Positions 9,498-19,000 of a DNA stretch of 64,000 nt are shown piece by piece. Origin of the DNA: Planctomycetota bacterium (GTDB lineage Bacteria; Planctomycetota; Planctomycetia; Gemmatales; Gemmataceae); NCBI GenBank assembly GCA_016195405.1, contig JACPZP010000125.1, forward strand, positions 21,665 through 85,664, given 5' to 3'. Each line of letters starts with the position of its first letter. Position 1 is the first letter of the stretch. The notes under the pieces were generated by a model that saw nothing but the letters and a program-made list of their open reading frames with translations, was not told the origin of the DNA and ran no database searches. The translations under genes and the position numbers were made by a program.

Positions 9498-10280
9498 TTA
9501 CTTTACACTCATCGCCCCGCGCACGATCGCGAAAAACTGCTCCGCCTGCAAGCTCGCCCCGCCGACCAGCGCTCCGTCCACGTCAGGCTCGGCCATCAGG
9601 ATTGCGGCGTTGTCCGGCCTGACGCTGCCGCCATACTGAATGACTAAGTTTTCCGCAGCTTCCTTGCCGTACAGTTGAGCCACGCGGCGGCGAACAAACG
9701 CATGCGACTCTTGTGCCTGATCCGGCGTGGCGTTCCTGCCGGTGCCGATGGCCCAGACCGGTTCGTACGCCAACGTGATCTTCTGCAAATCGGAGGCTTT
9801 GACGCCCGCTATTCCTGCCGTTACGTGCGTGTCGAGCACCTTTTCGGTCGCGTTGGCTTCGCGTTCTTGCAGGGTCTCGCCGATGCAGAGAATGATTCGC
9901 AAGCCGGCGGCTAAACCAGAATGGATTTTCTTATTGATGAAGGCATCGGTCTCACCGAGCTTGTGACGGCGCTCGCTGTGGCCCACGATCGCGTACCGGC
10001 AGCCGACGTCGACGAGCATGGCCGGGCTGACTTCGCCGGTAAAAGCGCCCTCCTTCTCGGGATAGAAGTTTTGAGCGCCCAGCGCGATAACGCTGCCTTT
10101 CAGCGTTATCGCGACTCGACTTAAGTACGGAAACGGCGGACATAGCGCGACATCAACACCCATCTCCTGGCCCAATCCCTTGACGATGGCGGCGGCGAGC
10201 TGCTCCGCGCCGGCAGCGTTCGTGAACATCTTCCAGTTGCCGGCAATGAATTTTCTGCGCATGACGACAGCTCCATTCAA
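9498..10280 (-). CDS. tpiA: Triosephosphate isomerase (probable start at MRRKFIAGNWKM, 10262)
   Basis: GNWKM, GHSERR, AYEPVWAIGTG are the TIM signatures. Confidence 0.95.
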   Translation of the reverse strand: MNGAVVMRRKFIAGNWKMFTNAAGAEQLAAAIVKGLGQEMGVDVALCPPFPYLSRVAITLKGSVIALGAQNFYPEKEGAFTGEVSPAMLVDVGCRYAIVGHSERRHKLGETDAFINKKIHSGLAAGLRIILCIGETLQEREANATEKVLDTHVTAGIAGVKASDLQKITLAYEPVWAIGTGRNATPDQAQESHAFVRRRVAQLYGKEAAENLVIQYGGSVRPDNAAILMAEPDVDGALVGGASLQAEQFFAIVRGAMSVK

Positions 10281-10301
10281 CTCACCCCTCTCCCCCGGCG
10301 A

Positions 10302-11468
10302 TTACTGCTTTGCACGCGCGAGGTCGCCCGGGCCGGGGGAGAGGGGAACCACATGTTCAAGGGCAAATTCGTGCTTCACGCCGTCGAGGTCACGGCCGGC
10401 TTTTAGGTTGCGGACGCGCGTCTTGAGAGTCTTCAACGCGCCTCGGTCCTTTTCGATGACGGCGGCGGACCGGCCCATCTTGACGGCCACCGCCAGTGTC
10501 GTGCCGCTGCCCGCGTAGGGATCGAGCACGGAATCGCCGGGACGGGTGCATATCTCCATCAGAAAGCGTAAAATCGCCTCCGGCTTCTTCGAATCCTTGA
10601 AGTCGCAACCCGGGCCGCCCTCTCTATATATGGTGGGAACGACTTCGGTGAAGTCGAGATCATTCGTGGGCAGCAACGGACGCCCGGCGGCAAGCTGCGA
10701 CTGAAAATAGACGCCGCTACGGCGTTTGCCGTTGCCGGTTTGGAACCAGCGATAGCCGAGGCCGTCGCGCTCCAATCCGGGCACCTGAATCAACAAGTTC
10801 TCGCCCAGATGCTTGAGATGCGTCTCGTACCACTCTCCCGACCAGTTCGCCGTCGCCAGCTTGCCCGCAATGACGTACCGGCGCAGAGCATCCGGGGAGT
10901 ATCCGGTTTCGGCGATCTCGTACTGATGAGGCAGATAGACTTGGACGTTCTTGCCGCGGACCACCATCGTCTGGTCTGGACCGCCCAGCAGATGGATCGA
11001 ATGAATGAACTTATCGGGCCGCGAAGGCGTTTGCGTTGTGATGAAGCGCGCCTGCGGGTTCTTCCTGTAGATAAGCAGGTATTCATAGAGATCGTGAAAC
11101 GTGGCATTGATCATCAGTTGCCGTTGCCGATGGCGAATCTTGACGGGAAAGAGGCCGACGAAACATTTCTCGCCCAGCGCGTCGTCCAGAACTTGCTTGA
11201 GAGTGAATAGCTCGGTTTGATTGATCGACGCGGCGAGAAAGCCGGCCGGGCCAAGCAAATCGGCCGATCCTTGCACGACTTCGCGAACTTCCTTGCGCCA
11301 ATCCTTGTTGCAGGCGTCGCGAAAGAGCTTCCGCGCGCCGCGCAGCCGGCCCGTGTTGTAGGGAGGATCGAGGTAGACCAGTTGGCAACGCCATTCGGCG
11401 GTTCTGAGAAAGGCGAGGGCCCGCGTGTTCTCCTGAGGCATGAGGAGATAGCGCGGGCCCTTATGCAT
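10302..11468 (-). CDS. DNA amino-methyltransferase (N6-adenine or N4-cytosine), beta-class motif order, orphan
   Basis: 388 aa. Catalytic motif IV LDPPYN near the N-terminus and SAM-binding motif I VLDPYAGSGTT near the C-terminus. No adjacent endonuclease. Confidence 0.85.
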   Translation of the reverse strand: MHKGPRYLLMPQENTRALAFLRTAEWRCQLVYLDPPYNTGRLRGARKLFRDACNKDWRKEVREVVQGSADLLGPAGFLAASINQTELFTLKQVLDDALGEKCFVGLFPVKIRHRQRQLMINATFHDLYEYLLIYRKNPQARFITTQTPSRPDKFIHSIHLLGGPDQTMVVRGKNVQVYLPHQYEIAETGYSPDALRRYVIAGKLATANWSGEWYETHLKHLGENLLIQVPGLERDGLGYRWFQTGNGKRRSGVYFQSQLAAGRPLLPTNDLDFTEVVPTIYREGGPGCDFKDSKKPEAILRFLMEICTRPGDSVLDPYAGSGTTLAVAVKMGRSAAVIEKDRGALKTLKTRVRNLKAGRDLDGVKHEFALEHVVPLSPGPGDLARAKQ

Positions 11469-11495
11469 GTGCCGTTCCTCCTGCAGGCTGCGACG

Positions 11496-11876
11496 CTACT
11501 TCGAGCGCTTGTATTCCTCTACTTTTACCTTTTCATCCATAAGGATCAGCTCTTTGTCCGTGAGCTTCTTGATCGTGTGCGCTTCGGTCTTGCTCTTGTC
11601 GCCGAAAGTGACCTTCGTGACGATTTGGTCTTTTTTCACCTCGTAAGTGCCATCAACCTTGATCTCCATGTCCTTTACCTTGGCGCGAAGCTTGATCTTG
11701 CCGTCCTTCGTAAACTCCACGGTGGCCCCGGGCGGCGCTTCGTCGCTCTTGGTGACCTCCCAGACTCCTACGAGTCTCTTGGCGGTGTCCGTCCCTGCGG
11801 CGCCCACGAGAACGAGCCCGAAAAACAATGTCCCAGCGCCCAGAATCCTTGTCCAGCTCATCGTCCGCTCCTTCAT
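11496..11876 (-). CDS. Small secreted Lys-rich protein (Gemmata-type paralogous family, lipocalin-like)
   Basis: 126 aa. Signal peptide, then LVGVWEVTKSDEAPPGATVEFTKDGKIKL; an alternating beta pattern. Confidence 0.6.
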   Translation of the reverse strand: MKERTMSWTRILGAGTLFFGLVLVGAAGTDTAKRLVGVWEVTKSDEAPPGATVEFTKDGKIKLRAKVKDMEIKVDGTYEVKKDQIVTKVTFGDKSKTEAHTIKKLTDKELILMDEKVKVEEYKRSK

Positions 11877-12130
11877 TAAGATACCGAGTGGTTAACGTCG
11901 CTTTGATTGCCCATTGGCAGGGGCATCTTACGTGCGTTCGCTCCGCGAGCAAGAGATGGCAACGATGTAACGCATCACACTGCCGCTCCTCCGCGTGAGG
12001 ATGGCTTCATAGCTTAACCCAAGAAGGATGTTGCAGAGCCGCGCCCGTCAGGAAGCGTCGGATGTGTCGCTGCTAATGGGCCACACTTTGATTCCGGACT
12101 CGGCTCCGACAAGCCATCAGGGACCGCGCC

Positions 12131-13573
12131 ATGCTTCACATCACCAGCTTCATCGATGGCAAATTCGTGCCACCGATCTCCGGCCAATTCCTCGACAACG
12201 TCGATCCAGCTGCCGGCACGGTCTACTCCAAAGTTCCCGACAGCGACGCTCGCGACGTCGATGCGGCCGTCAAGGCTGCCCAAGCGGCGTTTCCGGGCTG
12301 GGCAGCGACTCCCGCGGCCGAGCGTTCGCGCATCCTGCTCGCCATCGCCCAGGGAATCGAGGACAATCTCGACGATTTGGCACGCGCGGAGTGCATCGAT
12401 ACCGGCAAGCCTCTCCGCCTTGCTCGCACCGTGGACATTCCCCGTGCCGCCAGCAATTTCCGCTTTTTCGCGACGGCCATCCTACACTTCCATTCCGAGG
12501 CGTATCGCACCGACCAGCTCGCCCTCAACTACACGCTCCGGCAGCCGCGCGGAGTGGCGGGGCTGATCTCGCCGTGGAACCTGCCGCTCTATCTGTTCAC
12601 CTGGAAAGTGGCGCCTGCCCTCGCCACCGGCAACACCGCGGTCGCCAAGCCGAGCGAGCTGACGCCGATGACGGCCCATCTGCTCGCCGACATCTGCAAC
12701 AAAGCAGGCTTGCCGCCGGGAGTTCTGAACATCGTTCACGGCCTGGGAAGCAAAGTCGGCGCCGCCATCGTCGCCCATCCAGCCATACGCACGATCTCGT
12801 TCACCGGCGGCACCGCGACCGGCGCCGAAATCGCCCGCACCGCCGCGCCGCTCTTCAAGAAAGTCACCCTCGAGCTGGGCGGCAAGAATCCGAACGTGAT
12901 CTTCGCCGACGCCGATATGGAAACCGCGCTTGCGACGGGTCTGCGATCATCCTTCGAAAACCAAGGCCAGATCTGCTTGTGCGGCTCACGTATTCTTGTC
13001 GAGAAACCGGCATATAGCGCATTTGTTGAGCGCCTTGTCGAGCGCACGACGAAGCTGAAGGTTGGCGACCCGTTAGAAGAGGACACCGACCAAGGCGCTG
13101 TTGTTTCAAAGAACCACTTCGACAAGGTGATGTCCTACCTTCGATTGGCACGAGAGGAGGGCGGCAAAATCTTGTGCGGCGGTGAAGCCGCGAAGATGTC
13201 CGGACGCTGCGCGGCCGGCTATTTCATTCGCCCGACAGTCATTGTCGATTTGCCGATGCAATGCCGCACCAATCAGGAGGAAATCTTCGGCCCGGTGGTG
13301 ACGATCACGCCGTTCGAAGGCGAAGAGCAAGCCATCGAAATGGCGAACGGCGTCCCGTACGGTTTATCCGCAACGCTCTGGACGCGCGACTTGAATCGAG
13401 CGCATCGCGTGGCCGAGCGGCTCGAAAGCGGCACGGTCTGGGTCAATTGCTGGCTATTGCGCGACCTGCGCACGCCCTTCGGCGGCATGAAACAAAGCGG
13501 CGTCGGCCGCGAAGGCGGTGAAGAGGCGCTGCGATTTTTCACGGAGCCGAAGACGGTGTGCGTGAAGTATTAG
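12131..13573 (+). CDS. NAD+-dependent aldehyde dehydrogenase, probably 2-aminomuconate/2-hydroxymuconate semialdehyde dehydrogenase
   Basis: 480 aa. ALDH glutamate motif (ELGGKNP), catalytic Cys region (ENQGQICLCGSRILV), Rossmann GxGxxG. Function inferred from the linked kynurenine-pathway genes. Confidence 0.85.
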   Translation: MLHITSFIDGKFVPPISGQFLDNVDPAAGTVYSKVPDSDARDVDAAVKAAQAAFPGWAATPAAERSRILLAIAQGIEDNLDDLARAECIDTGKPLRLARTVDIPRAASNFRFFATAILHFHSEAYRTDQLALNYTLRQPRGVAGLISPWNLPLYLFTWKVAPALATGNTAVAKPSELTPMTAHLLADICNKAGLPPGVLNIVHGLGSKVGAAIVAHPAIRTISFTGGTATGAEIARTAAPLFKKVTLELGGKNPNVIFADADMETALATGLRSSFENQGQICLCGSRILVEKPAYSAFVERLVERTTKLKVGDPLEEDTDQGAVVSKNHFDKVMSYLRLAREEGGKILCGGEAAKMSGRCAAGYFIRPTVIVDLPMQCRTNQEEIFGPVVTITPFEGEEQAIEMANGVPYGLSATLWTRDLNRAHRVAERLESGTVWVNCWLLRDLRTPFGGMKQSGVGREGGEEALRFFTEPKTVCVKY

Positions 13574-13661
13574 GAGTTAAAGTAGGTCCGGCGAGCCGAG
13601 CCGGACCAGAAAGACGCGGTATAATCAAAGGCAGATTCCCATTTCGAGAGGAGGATGTGCC

Positions 13662-14402
13662 ATGCCAGTACATGACTGGACTCGTGTCGGAGCAGGCATT
13701 TTTCACGATTTTCATCACACATGGATTACGGAAATCAAGCGGTCGCTTAATGCCGGCCTTCTTCCCGAAGGAGTCTACGCTCTCGCTGAGCAAATAACGA
13801 GCGGCTGGGGCCCCGACGTCTTGACGTTGGAAGCGCCCGCGAACGCTCCCAAAGTACCCAAAACAGCAATTCGCGGCGTGGCTGTCATGGATGCTCCCCC
13901 TCGCGTCCGCTTCCACGCGAAAGGTGAGATCGACCAATATGCCGCGAAGGCAAAGGCAGTCACGATCCGTCATTCCAGCAACCACAAGGTGCTTGCGATT
14001 CTCGAAATCGTCTCGCCGGGCAACAAAGATAGCCGTCACGGGATTCGAAGCTTCGTAGATAAGGCGTATGAAATCATGCGGGCCGGAGTGCATTTGCTGG
14101 TGGTTGACTTGTTTCCGCCGGGGCTGCGCGATCCGGAGGGTATTCACAAGCTGATATGGACAGAATGGCAGGATAACGATTTTGCGTTGCCTGCAGACAA
14201 ATGCTTGACATTGGCGTCCTACATCGGCGGTCCAATCCCGGAGGCATTTGTCGAGCCCGTTGCCGTTGGCGGCGAACTACTCGACATGCCGCTGTTCTTA
14301 ACGCCTGATGAATACGTCTCCACGCCGCTGGAAGCGACATATCGCGCTGCATGGGAAGCGGTGCCGGCGTACTGGCGAGAAGTACTGGCGACGCCTCACT
14401 GA
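13662..14402 (+). CDS. Hypothetical protein, DUF4058-like
   Basis: 246 aa. Coherent non-repetitive ORF. N-terminal MPVHDWTRV...FHDFHHTWITEI pattern resembles the DUF4058 family of cyanobacteria/planctomycetes (my recollection, unverified). The overlapping reverse ORFs are low complexity. Confidence 0.5.
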   Translation: MPVHDWTRVGAGIFHDFHHTWITEIKRSLNAGLLPEGVYALAEQITSGWGPDVLTLEAPANAPKVPKTAIRGVAVMDAPPRVRFHAKGEIDQYAAKAKAVTIRHSSNHKVLAILEIVSPGNKDSRHGIRSFVDKAYEIMRAGVHLLVVDLFPPGLRDPEGIHKLIWTEWQDNDFALPADKCLTLASYIGGPIPEAFVEPVAVGGELLDMPLFLTPDEYVSTPLEATYRAAWEAVPAYWREVLATPH

Positions 14403-14819
14403 GCGGTTCTCCTGAATGGCAAGGTCGCCCAAGCTCGCAATTGCACCTGGAGGAGGAAGCAACACCACCGGTGCACTCAATATTGGCGCGCCCATTGTGT
14501 TCCATCCGCCACGTTGGCATGATACGCGCGATCCAGCGCTCCAAAGTCAACGTCAACGAGGAGCTGGCGGAGTTTGGCAAGAGTGCTTGGAGGAAGTTTG
14601 AATTCCTTCCTCCACCACTCATCGTGCCCTGTCGAAAAGACATAAGTCGCGTTCCCCTCTGAATCCACGCGGAACACATCGAGCCCGTACATGCCGCTGC
14701 CGACGCCCATGGTGAAGAAAAAATCGCCGGCGTGCAACATGTCCTCGTTCCGCACACGCGTCGGAGCGGGGACAAATTGAAAGCGGTCTGATTTCGGTCG
14801 GAGGTCTTAATGCGCGACT

Positions 14820-15098
14820 CTAATCGGGGGCAGCCATGGATGTTTCCGTGTGCGAGGGAGACGCGACTGCTTGCGGTGGCAGACTCGGCGTGCCTTCCAA
14901 TCGAGCCAAAAGCTCAGCCCGGTGCCGGCATAATATGCTCATCAATTCGTCATCTTCGATGTATCCGAGGCCGCGACCAATGTGGACCTCACCCAAGAAA
15001 CCGAGATGGGCGAAAAGCTGGCCCAAGCGGATGTCAGGTGAAAGGTCCCAAACCTCGGCGAGTATAGAAAGGGCTTCTCGTTTTACATCAGAGTTCAT
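14820..15098 (-). CDS. Hypothetical small protein
   Basis: 92 aa. Non-repetitive helical sequence with no recognisable domain. Confidence 0.3.
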   Translation of the reverse strand: MNSDVKREALSILAEVWDLSPDIRLGQLFAHLGFLGEVHIGRGLGYIEDDELMSILCRHRAELLARLEGTPSLPPQAVASPSHTETSMAAPD

Positions 15099-15180
15099 GG
15101 GAGCAAGTCTCCTATCTTGGGCTCAGAATTAAGTGCTTGCTAGTCAAGATCTTAAGAAAATGCTTTCAGCGCTAGGCCGG

Positions 15181-15232
15181 ATGGTTTCAGCGAAGTGCCG
15201 GATTGTATCTGTCCCAGCGCCGCGCTGAAACC
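15181..15232. repeat. Inverted repeat ATGGTTTCAGCG ... CGCTGAAACCAT (12-bp arms, 28-bp spacer) followed by TTTCGC
   Basis: Visible directly in the sequence. The arms are 1-nt variants of the arms of the 15271..15305 palindrome. Confidence 0.7.
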
Positions 15233-15270
15233 ATTTTCGCATCTCTTGTTCTGATATGCCTTTGCAGCCG

Positions 15271-15305
15271 AAAAATGGCTTCAGCGTCGGCTGAAGCCAT
15301 TTTTC
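15271..15305 (-). terminator. Bidirectional intrinsic-terminator-like perfect palindrome AAAAATGGCTTCAGC-gtcg-GCTGAAGCCATTTTT just 3' of kynB
   Basis: 15-bp arms with A-run and T-run flanks, ~48 nt downstream of the kynB stop on the minus strand. Confidence 0.6.
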
Positions 15306-15352
15306 GTTCCAGATTCCTGCCATGAGAGCCTCAATGCTCTAGGAAAGTGCTG

Positions 15353-15994
15353 CTATTGCACTTTCATGATCGAATCTCGTCCGCCCTTCAGCACCGCCCG
15401 CACTGGACTCGCATCGAATCCAGCCAACTTCAACGGCAGCGCGATCAACTCGTAGGTTCCCTCCGGTACGCCATCAAGCACCAATCCTTCGAGAATCGCC
15501 ATGTCGTGCCGCAGGAACATTTGGTGCGCCGGCAGATCTTTTGAATCGAACAAGTCCACGCTCGGCGTGTCGATGCCAATCAATACTACCGCTTGTTGAT
15601 GGAGCATGTCCACCAGGACGGGGCTGAGCGCGGCGAAGTCCGTGTTGAAATGATCGGGATTCGGAAACGTCCCCGTCCAGAGCAGCACTCGCGACGCGGT
15701 GATCGGCGAGGTAAGCATCTCGGCCGTGATGCACGCCCCGCGCGGAACCTTGACGCGCATCACCTGACATGGGCCAATGTAATAGTCGAGGCGGCGCTGA
15801 TCAATCGACTGGCCGTCGGCGGCATAATGGCTCGGGGCGTCGGCGTGAGCGCCCAGGTGTACCGTGGCGCGGAGGGCCGACAGGGTGATGCTGTCGCCGC
15901 GCTTCATGTCGAGCAGCACTTCGCGCCGCGGCGGCACGTCGCCGGGCCAGACTGCGAGCCGTTCCGTTATGGCTGGTGAAATATCGTAGATCAT
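15353..15994 (-). CDS. kynB: Kynurenine formamidase (arylformamidase, cyclase family). Start taken at the internal Met MIYDISPAI, preceded by GGAGGAA
   Basis: HxGxHxD-like metal site (VHLGAHADAPSH) and the cyclase-family fold pattern. ORF track gives 15353..16117. Confidence 0.8.
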   Translation of the reverse strand: MIYDISPAITERLAVWPGDVPPRREVLLDMKRGDSITLSALRATVHLGAHADAPSHYAADGQSIDQRRLDYYIGPCQVMRVKVPRGACITAEMLTSPITASRVLLWTGTFPNPDHFNTDFAALSPVLVDMLHQQAVVLIGIDTPSVDLFDSKDLPAHQMFLRHDMAILEGLVLDGVPEGTYELIALPLKLAGFDASPVRAVLKGGRDSIMKVQ

Positions 15995-16188
15995 CCGGTT
16001 CCTCCAGGCCAAAAATGGCTTGCAGGGCTGTCCGCGGGGGGTCGCAATGCACGCAATAATGCCATTAGTTCCCCATTCCCCTGAACGTGATTTTAGTGGT
16101 CGTCCGCCCGGTAACAAACGGCTTGTTGCCAGAACCCTTTTTCTGGCTTATGGTGACGAAGGACCTCTCTAACTCACGAGGTGACGCC

Positions 16189-16692
16189 ATGACGCTCCAA
16201 GCCCCGTTCAACCTCCAAACGTGGATCAACGAGAATCGGAACCTCTTGAAGCCGCCGGTGGGCAACCACATGCTCTTCAATCAGAACTTCATGGTTATGG
16301 TCGTGGGCGGGCCCAACCAGCGCACCGATTTTCACGTCAATCCGACCGAAGAGTTGTTTTACCAGCTCGAGGGCGACATCGTCTTGCGGGTCATGGAAAA
16401 GGGGCAGCCACGCGACATTCCCATCAAGCAGGGCGACATGTTCCTATTGCCGCCGGGCATCCCGCACTCACCGCAGCGGCCCGCCAACACCGTCGGCCTG
16501 GTCATCGAGCGCAAGCGTCCCGACAACGCCGACGACCACATGCGCTGGTTTTGCAAGAAATGCGGCGCCGTCATCCACGACGCCGAGTTTCACCTTGTGG
16601 ACCTGGGCAAGCAACTCAAACCGATCATCGAAGAATACAAGAGCAAGAAAGAGTTGCAAACGTGCAACGCGTGCGGGACCGTCAATGAATGA
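16189..16692 (+). CDS. nbaC: 3-hydroxyanthranilate 3,4-dioxygenase (cupin)
   Basis: MTLQAPFNLQTWINENRNLLKPPVGN, the FHVNPTEE...GDMFLLPPGIPHSPQR cupin metal site, and the C-terminal CxxC...CxxC rubredoxin-like site. Confidence 0.9.
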   Translation: MTLQAPFNLQTWINENRNLLKPPVGNHMLFNQNFMVMVVGGPNQRTDFHVNPTEELFYQLEGDIVLRVMEKGQPRDIPIKQGDMFLLPPGIPHSPQRPANTVGLVIERKRPDNADDHMRWFCKKCGAVIHDAEFHLVDLGKQLKPIIEEYKSKKELQTCNACGTVNE

Positions 16693-16695
16693 AAC

Positions 16696-17706
16696 ATGAA
16701 GATCGACCTCCACACCCACATCCTGCCCAAGACTTGGCCCGACCTGCGCCAGCGTTACGGCTACGGCGGCTTCGTGCAGCTTGAGCATCACGGCCCCGGG
16801 TGTGCCCGGATGACAATCGACGGCAAGTCGTTCCGCGAAATTGAGGACAACTGCTGGGACCCCAAGCGCCGCATTGCGGATTGTGAAAGCCACGGCGTGG
16901 ATGTGCAGGTGTTGTCCACCGTGCCCGTCATGTTCAGTTATTGGGCCAAGCCGCAAGACACGCTCGATCTCGCCCGGCTCCTCAATGATCATTTGGCTGA
17001 ACTGGTGGCCTCGCACCCACGCCGATTCATCGGGCTCGGTACGCTGCCGATGCAAGACGCCGCCTTGGCAATCCGCGAGCTGGAGCGGTGTGTCAACGAT
17101 CTCGGTTTCCCCGGCGTGCAGATCGGCAGCCACGTCAACGGCTGGAACCTCAATCATCCAATCCTGTTCCCGATTTTTCAGCGAGCCGAGAAGCTTGGCG
17201 CTTGCATCTTCGTGCACCCGTGGGACATGCTGGCGAAAGAGCGGATGGAGCAATACTGGCTGCGCTGGCTGGTCGGCATGCCCGCGGAAACGTGTCTGGC
17301 GATCTGCTCGGTCATTTTCGGAGGCGTCTTGGAACGGCTGCCGAAGCTCCGCATCTGCTTCGCGCACGGCGGCGGCAGCTTCCCCGGCACCGTCGGCCGC
17401 ATCGCCCACGGCTTCGAAAGCCGACCCGATCTTTGCGCCGTCGACAACGCCGTCGATCCGCGCGCCTATCTGGGCAAGTTCTATGTCGATTCATTGGTGC
17501 ACGACGCCGCGGCCCTACGGTATTTGCTGGAATTGATGGGCGTCGATCGCGTGGCGCTAGGGAGCGACTATCCGTTTCCACTGGGAGAAGCCGTGCCGGG
17601 GCGGTTGATTGATTCTATGGCGGAACTTTCCGCGGACGTTCGCAAGAAACTAATGGCGGAAAACGCACTAGATTTCTTAGGATTGAAGCAGGAAGGGTTT
17701 TGTTGA
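16696..17706 (+). CDS. 2-amino-3-carboxymuconate-6-semialdehyde decarboxylase (amidohydrolase_2)
   Basis: [11 protein letters not shown]...[11 protein letters not shown]...[14 protein letters not shown] family. 3 bp downstream of the HAAO gene. Confidence 0.9.
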   Translation: MKIDLHTHILPKTWPDLRQRYGYGGFVQLEHHGPGCARMTIDGKSFREIEDNCWDPKRRIADCESHGVDVQVLSTVPVMFSYWAKPQDTLDLARLLNDHLAELVASHPRRFIGLGTLPMQDAALAIRELERCVNDLGFPGVQIGSHVNGWNLNHPILFPIFQRAEKLGACIFVHPWDMLAKERMEQYWLRWLVGMPAETCLAICSVIFGGVLERLPKLRICFAHGGGSFPGTVGRIAHGFESRPDLCAVDNAVDPRAYLGKFYVDSLVHDAAALRYLLELMGVDRVALGSDYPFPLGEAVPGRLIDSMAELSADVRKKLMAENALDFLGLKQEGFC

Positions 17707-17722
17707 GGCAGAGCATCTTGCC

Positions 17723-19000
17723 ATGACAGATGTCTTTCAGCCCGGAGAAGATTTCGCCCGGCAGCTCGATGCCGAAGATCTGCTTCGCCATTTCCGCGAC
17801 CGGTTCCACTTCCCGCGCCGGCCGAATGGCTCACCTTATCATTACTTTTGCGGCCATTCGCTCGGGCTACAACCCAAGGCGGTGCGCCACCTGATCGAAC
17901 AGGAGCTGGACGACTGGGCAAGGCTCGGCGTCGAAGGGCACTTCGAAGGAACGACTCCGTGGTACAGCTACCACGAGATCTTTCGCGATAATGGAGCGAG
18001 GCTAGTCGGCGCCCAGCCCGGCGAGGTTGTGATGATGAACAGCCTCACCGTGAATTTGCACCTGATGTTGGCTACGTTCTACCGACCGACTGGCAAGCGC
18101 CGCAAGATTCTAGTCGACAGCCCGACCTTCCCGTCTGATCTTTTCGCCGTGCAGACACATTTACGCCATCGAGGGGCCGATCCGGCGAACGATCTCCTCG
18201 TCGCCCGGCCGCGGTCCGGCGAGCACCTATTGCGCATGGAAGACGTCGAAACGCTGCTTAATACGCATGGCCATGAGATTGCCGTCGTACTTTGGAACGG
18301 CGTCAACTTTTACACGGGCCAACTTTTCGACTTGCAGCTGCTGAGCGAGATCGGCCATGCGCACGGCTGCGTGGTTGGGCTCGAATTGGCGCATGGAGCA
18401 GGCAACGTCGTTCTGCAACTCCATGATTGGCAGGTCGATTTCGCCGTTTGGTGCAACTACAAGTATCTGAATTCAGGACCTGGCGCGGTCGCCGCTTGCT
18501 TCGTGCATGAAAAACATGGCCGAAACCTCGATTTGCCGCGCCTCGCCGGCTGGTGGGGGACCGATCCGCATACGCGCTTTCAAATGGAAGACGGCGACTT
18601 CAAGGCGCAACCCGGCGCCGAAGGCTGGCAAGTGAGCAACCCGCCGATCTTCTCCTTGGCGCCTGTGCGGGCATCGCTGGCGCTTTTTGACGCAGCGGGA
18701 ATGCCCGACCTCCGCGCCAAATCCGAAAAACTGACCGGTTACCTCCACTACCTGCTCGAAGGGCAGGCAGCCAAGGCGTTCGAGATTATCTCGCCGGCCC
18801 GTCTCGAAGAACGCGGCTGTCAGCTATCACTTTTGGTGCATCGCGAGCCGCGCAAGCTCTTTGACGCCTTGCACGGTGCGGGAATGCTGTGCGATTTCCG
18901 GGCGCCCAACGTGATTCGCGTCGCGCCCGTGCCGCTCTACAATTCCTTTGAGGATGTGTGGATGTTTGCCAACACCGTTAAGACGCTGTCGATGAGTTGA
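17723..19000 (+). CDS. kynU: Kynureninase (PLP-dependent)
   Basis: 425 aa. YHYFCGHSLGLQPK...NSLTVNLH...KYLNSGPGAV (PLP lysine region). Confidence 0.9.
   Translation: MTDVFQPGEDFARQLDAEDLLRHFRDRFHFPRRPNGSPYHYFCGHSLGLQPKAVRHLIEQELDDWARLGVEGHFEGTTPWYSYHEIFRDNGARLVGAQPGEVVMMNSLTVNLHLMLATFYRPTGKRRKILVDSPTFPSDLFAVQTHLRHRGADPANDLLVARPRSGEHLLRMEDVETLLNTHGHEIAVVLWNGVNFYTGQLFDLQLLSEIGHAHGCVVGLELAHGAGNVVLQLHDWQVDFAVWCNYKYLNSGPGAVAACFVHEKHGRNLDLPRLAGWWGTDPHTRFQMEDGDFKAQPGAEGWQVSNPPIFSLAPVRASLALFDAAGMPDLRAKSEKLTGYLHYLLEGQAAKAFEIISPARLEERGCQLSLLVHREPRKLFDALHGAGMLCDFRAPNVIRVAPVPLYNSFEDVWMFANTVKTLSMS

Noticed and set aside
12028-13017. 329-aa Arg/Ser/His-rich + strand ORF
   Set aside because: Out-of-frame overlap of the aldehyde dehydrogenase gene. 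Typical high-GC spurious ORF.
13539-14775. Minus-strand ORFs of 202 and 233 aa
   Set aside because: They overlap the coherent DUF4058-like + strand gene and have Ser/Arg/Ala-rich, domain-free sequences.
16468-17409. 313-aa minus-strand ORF
   Set aside because: Antisense to HAAO and ACMSD, with a low-complexity composition.
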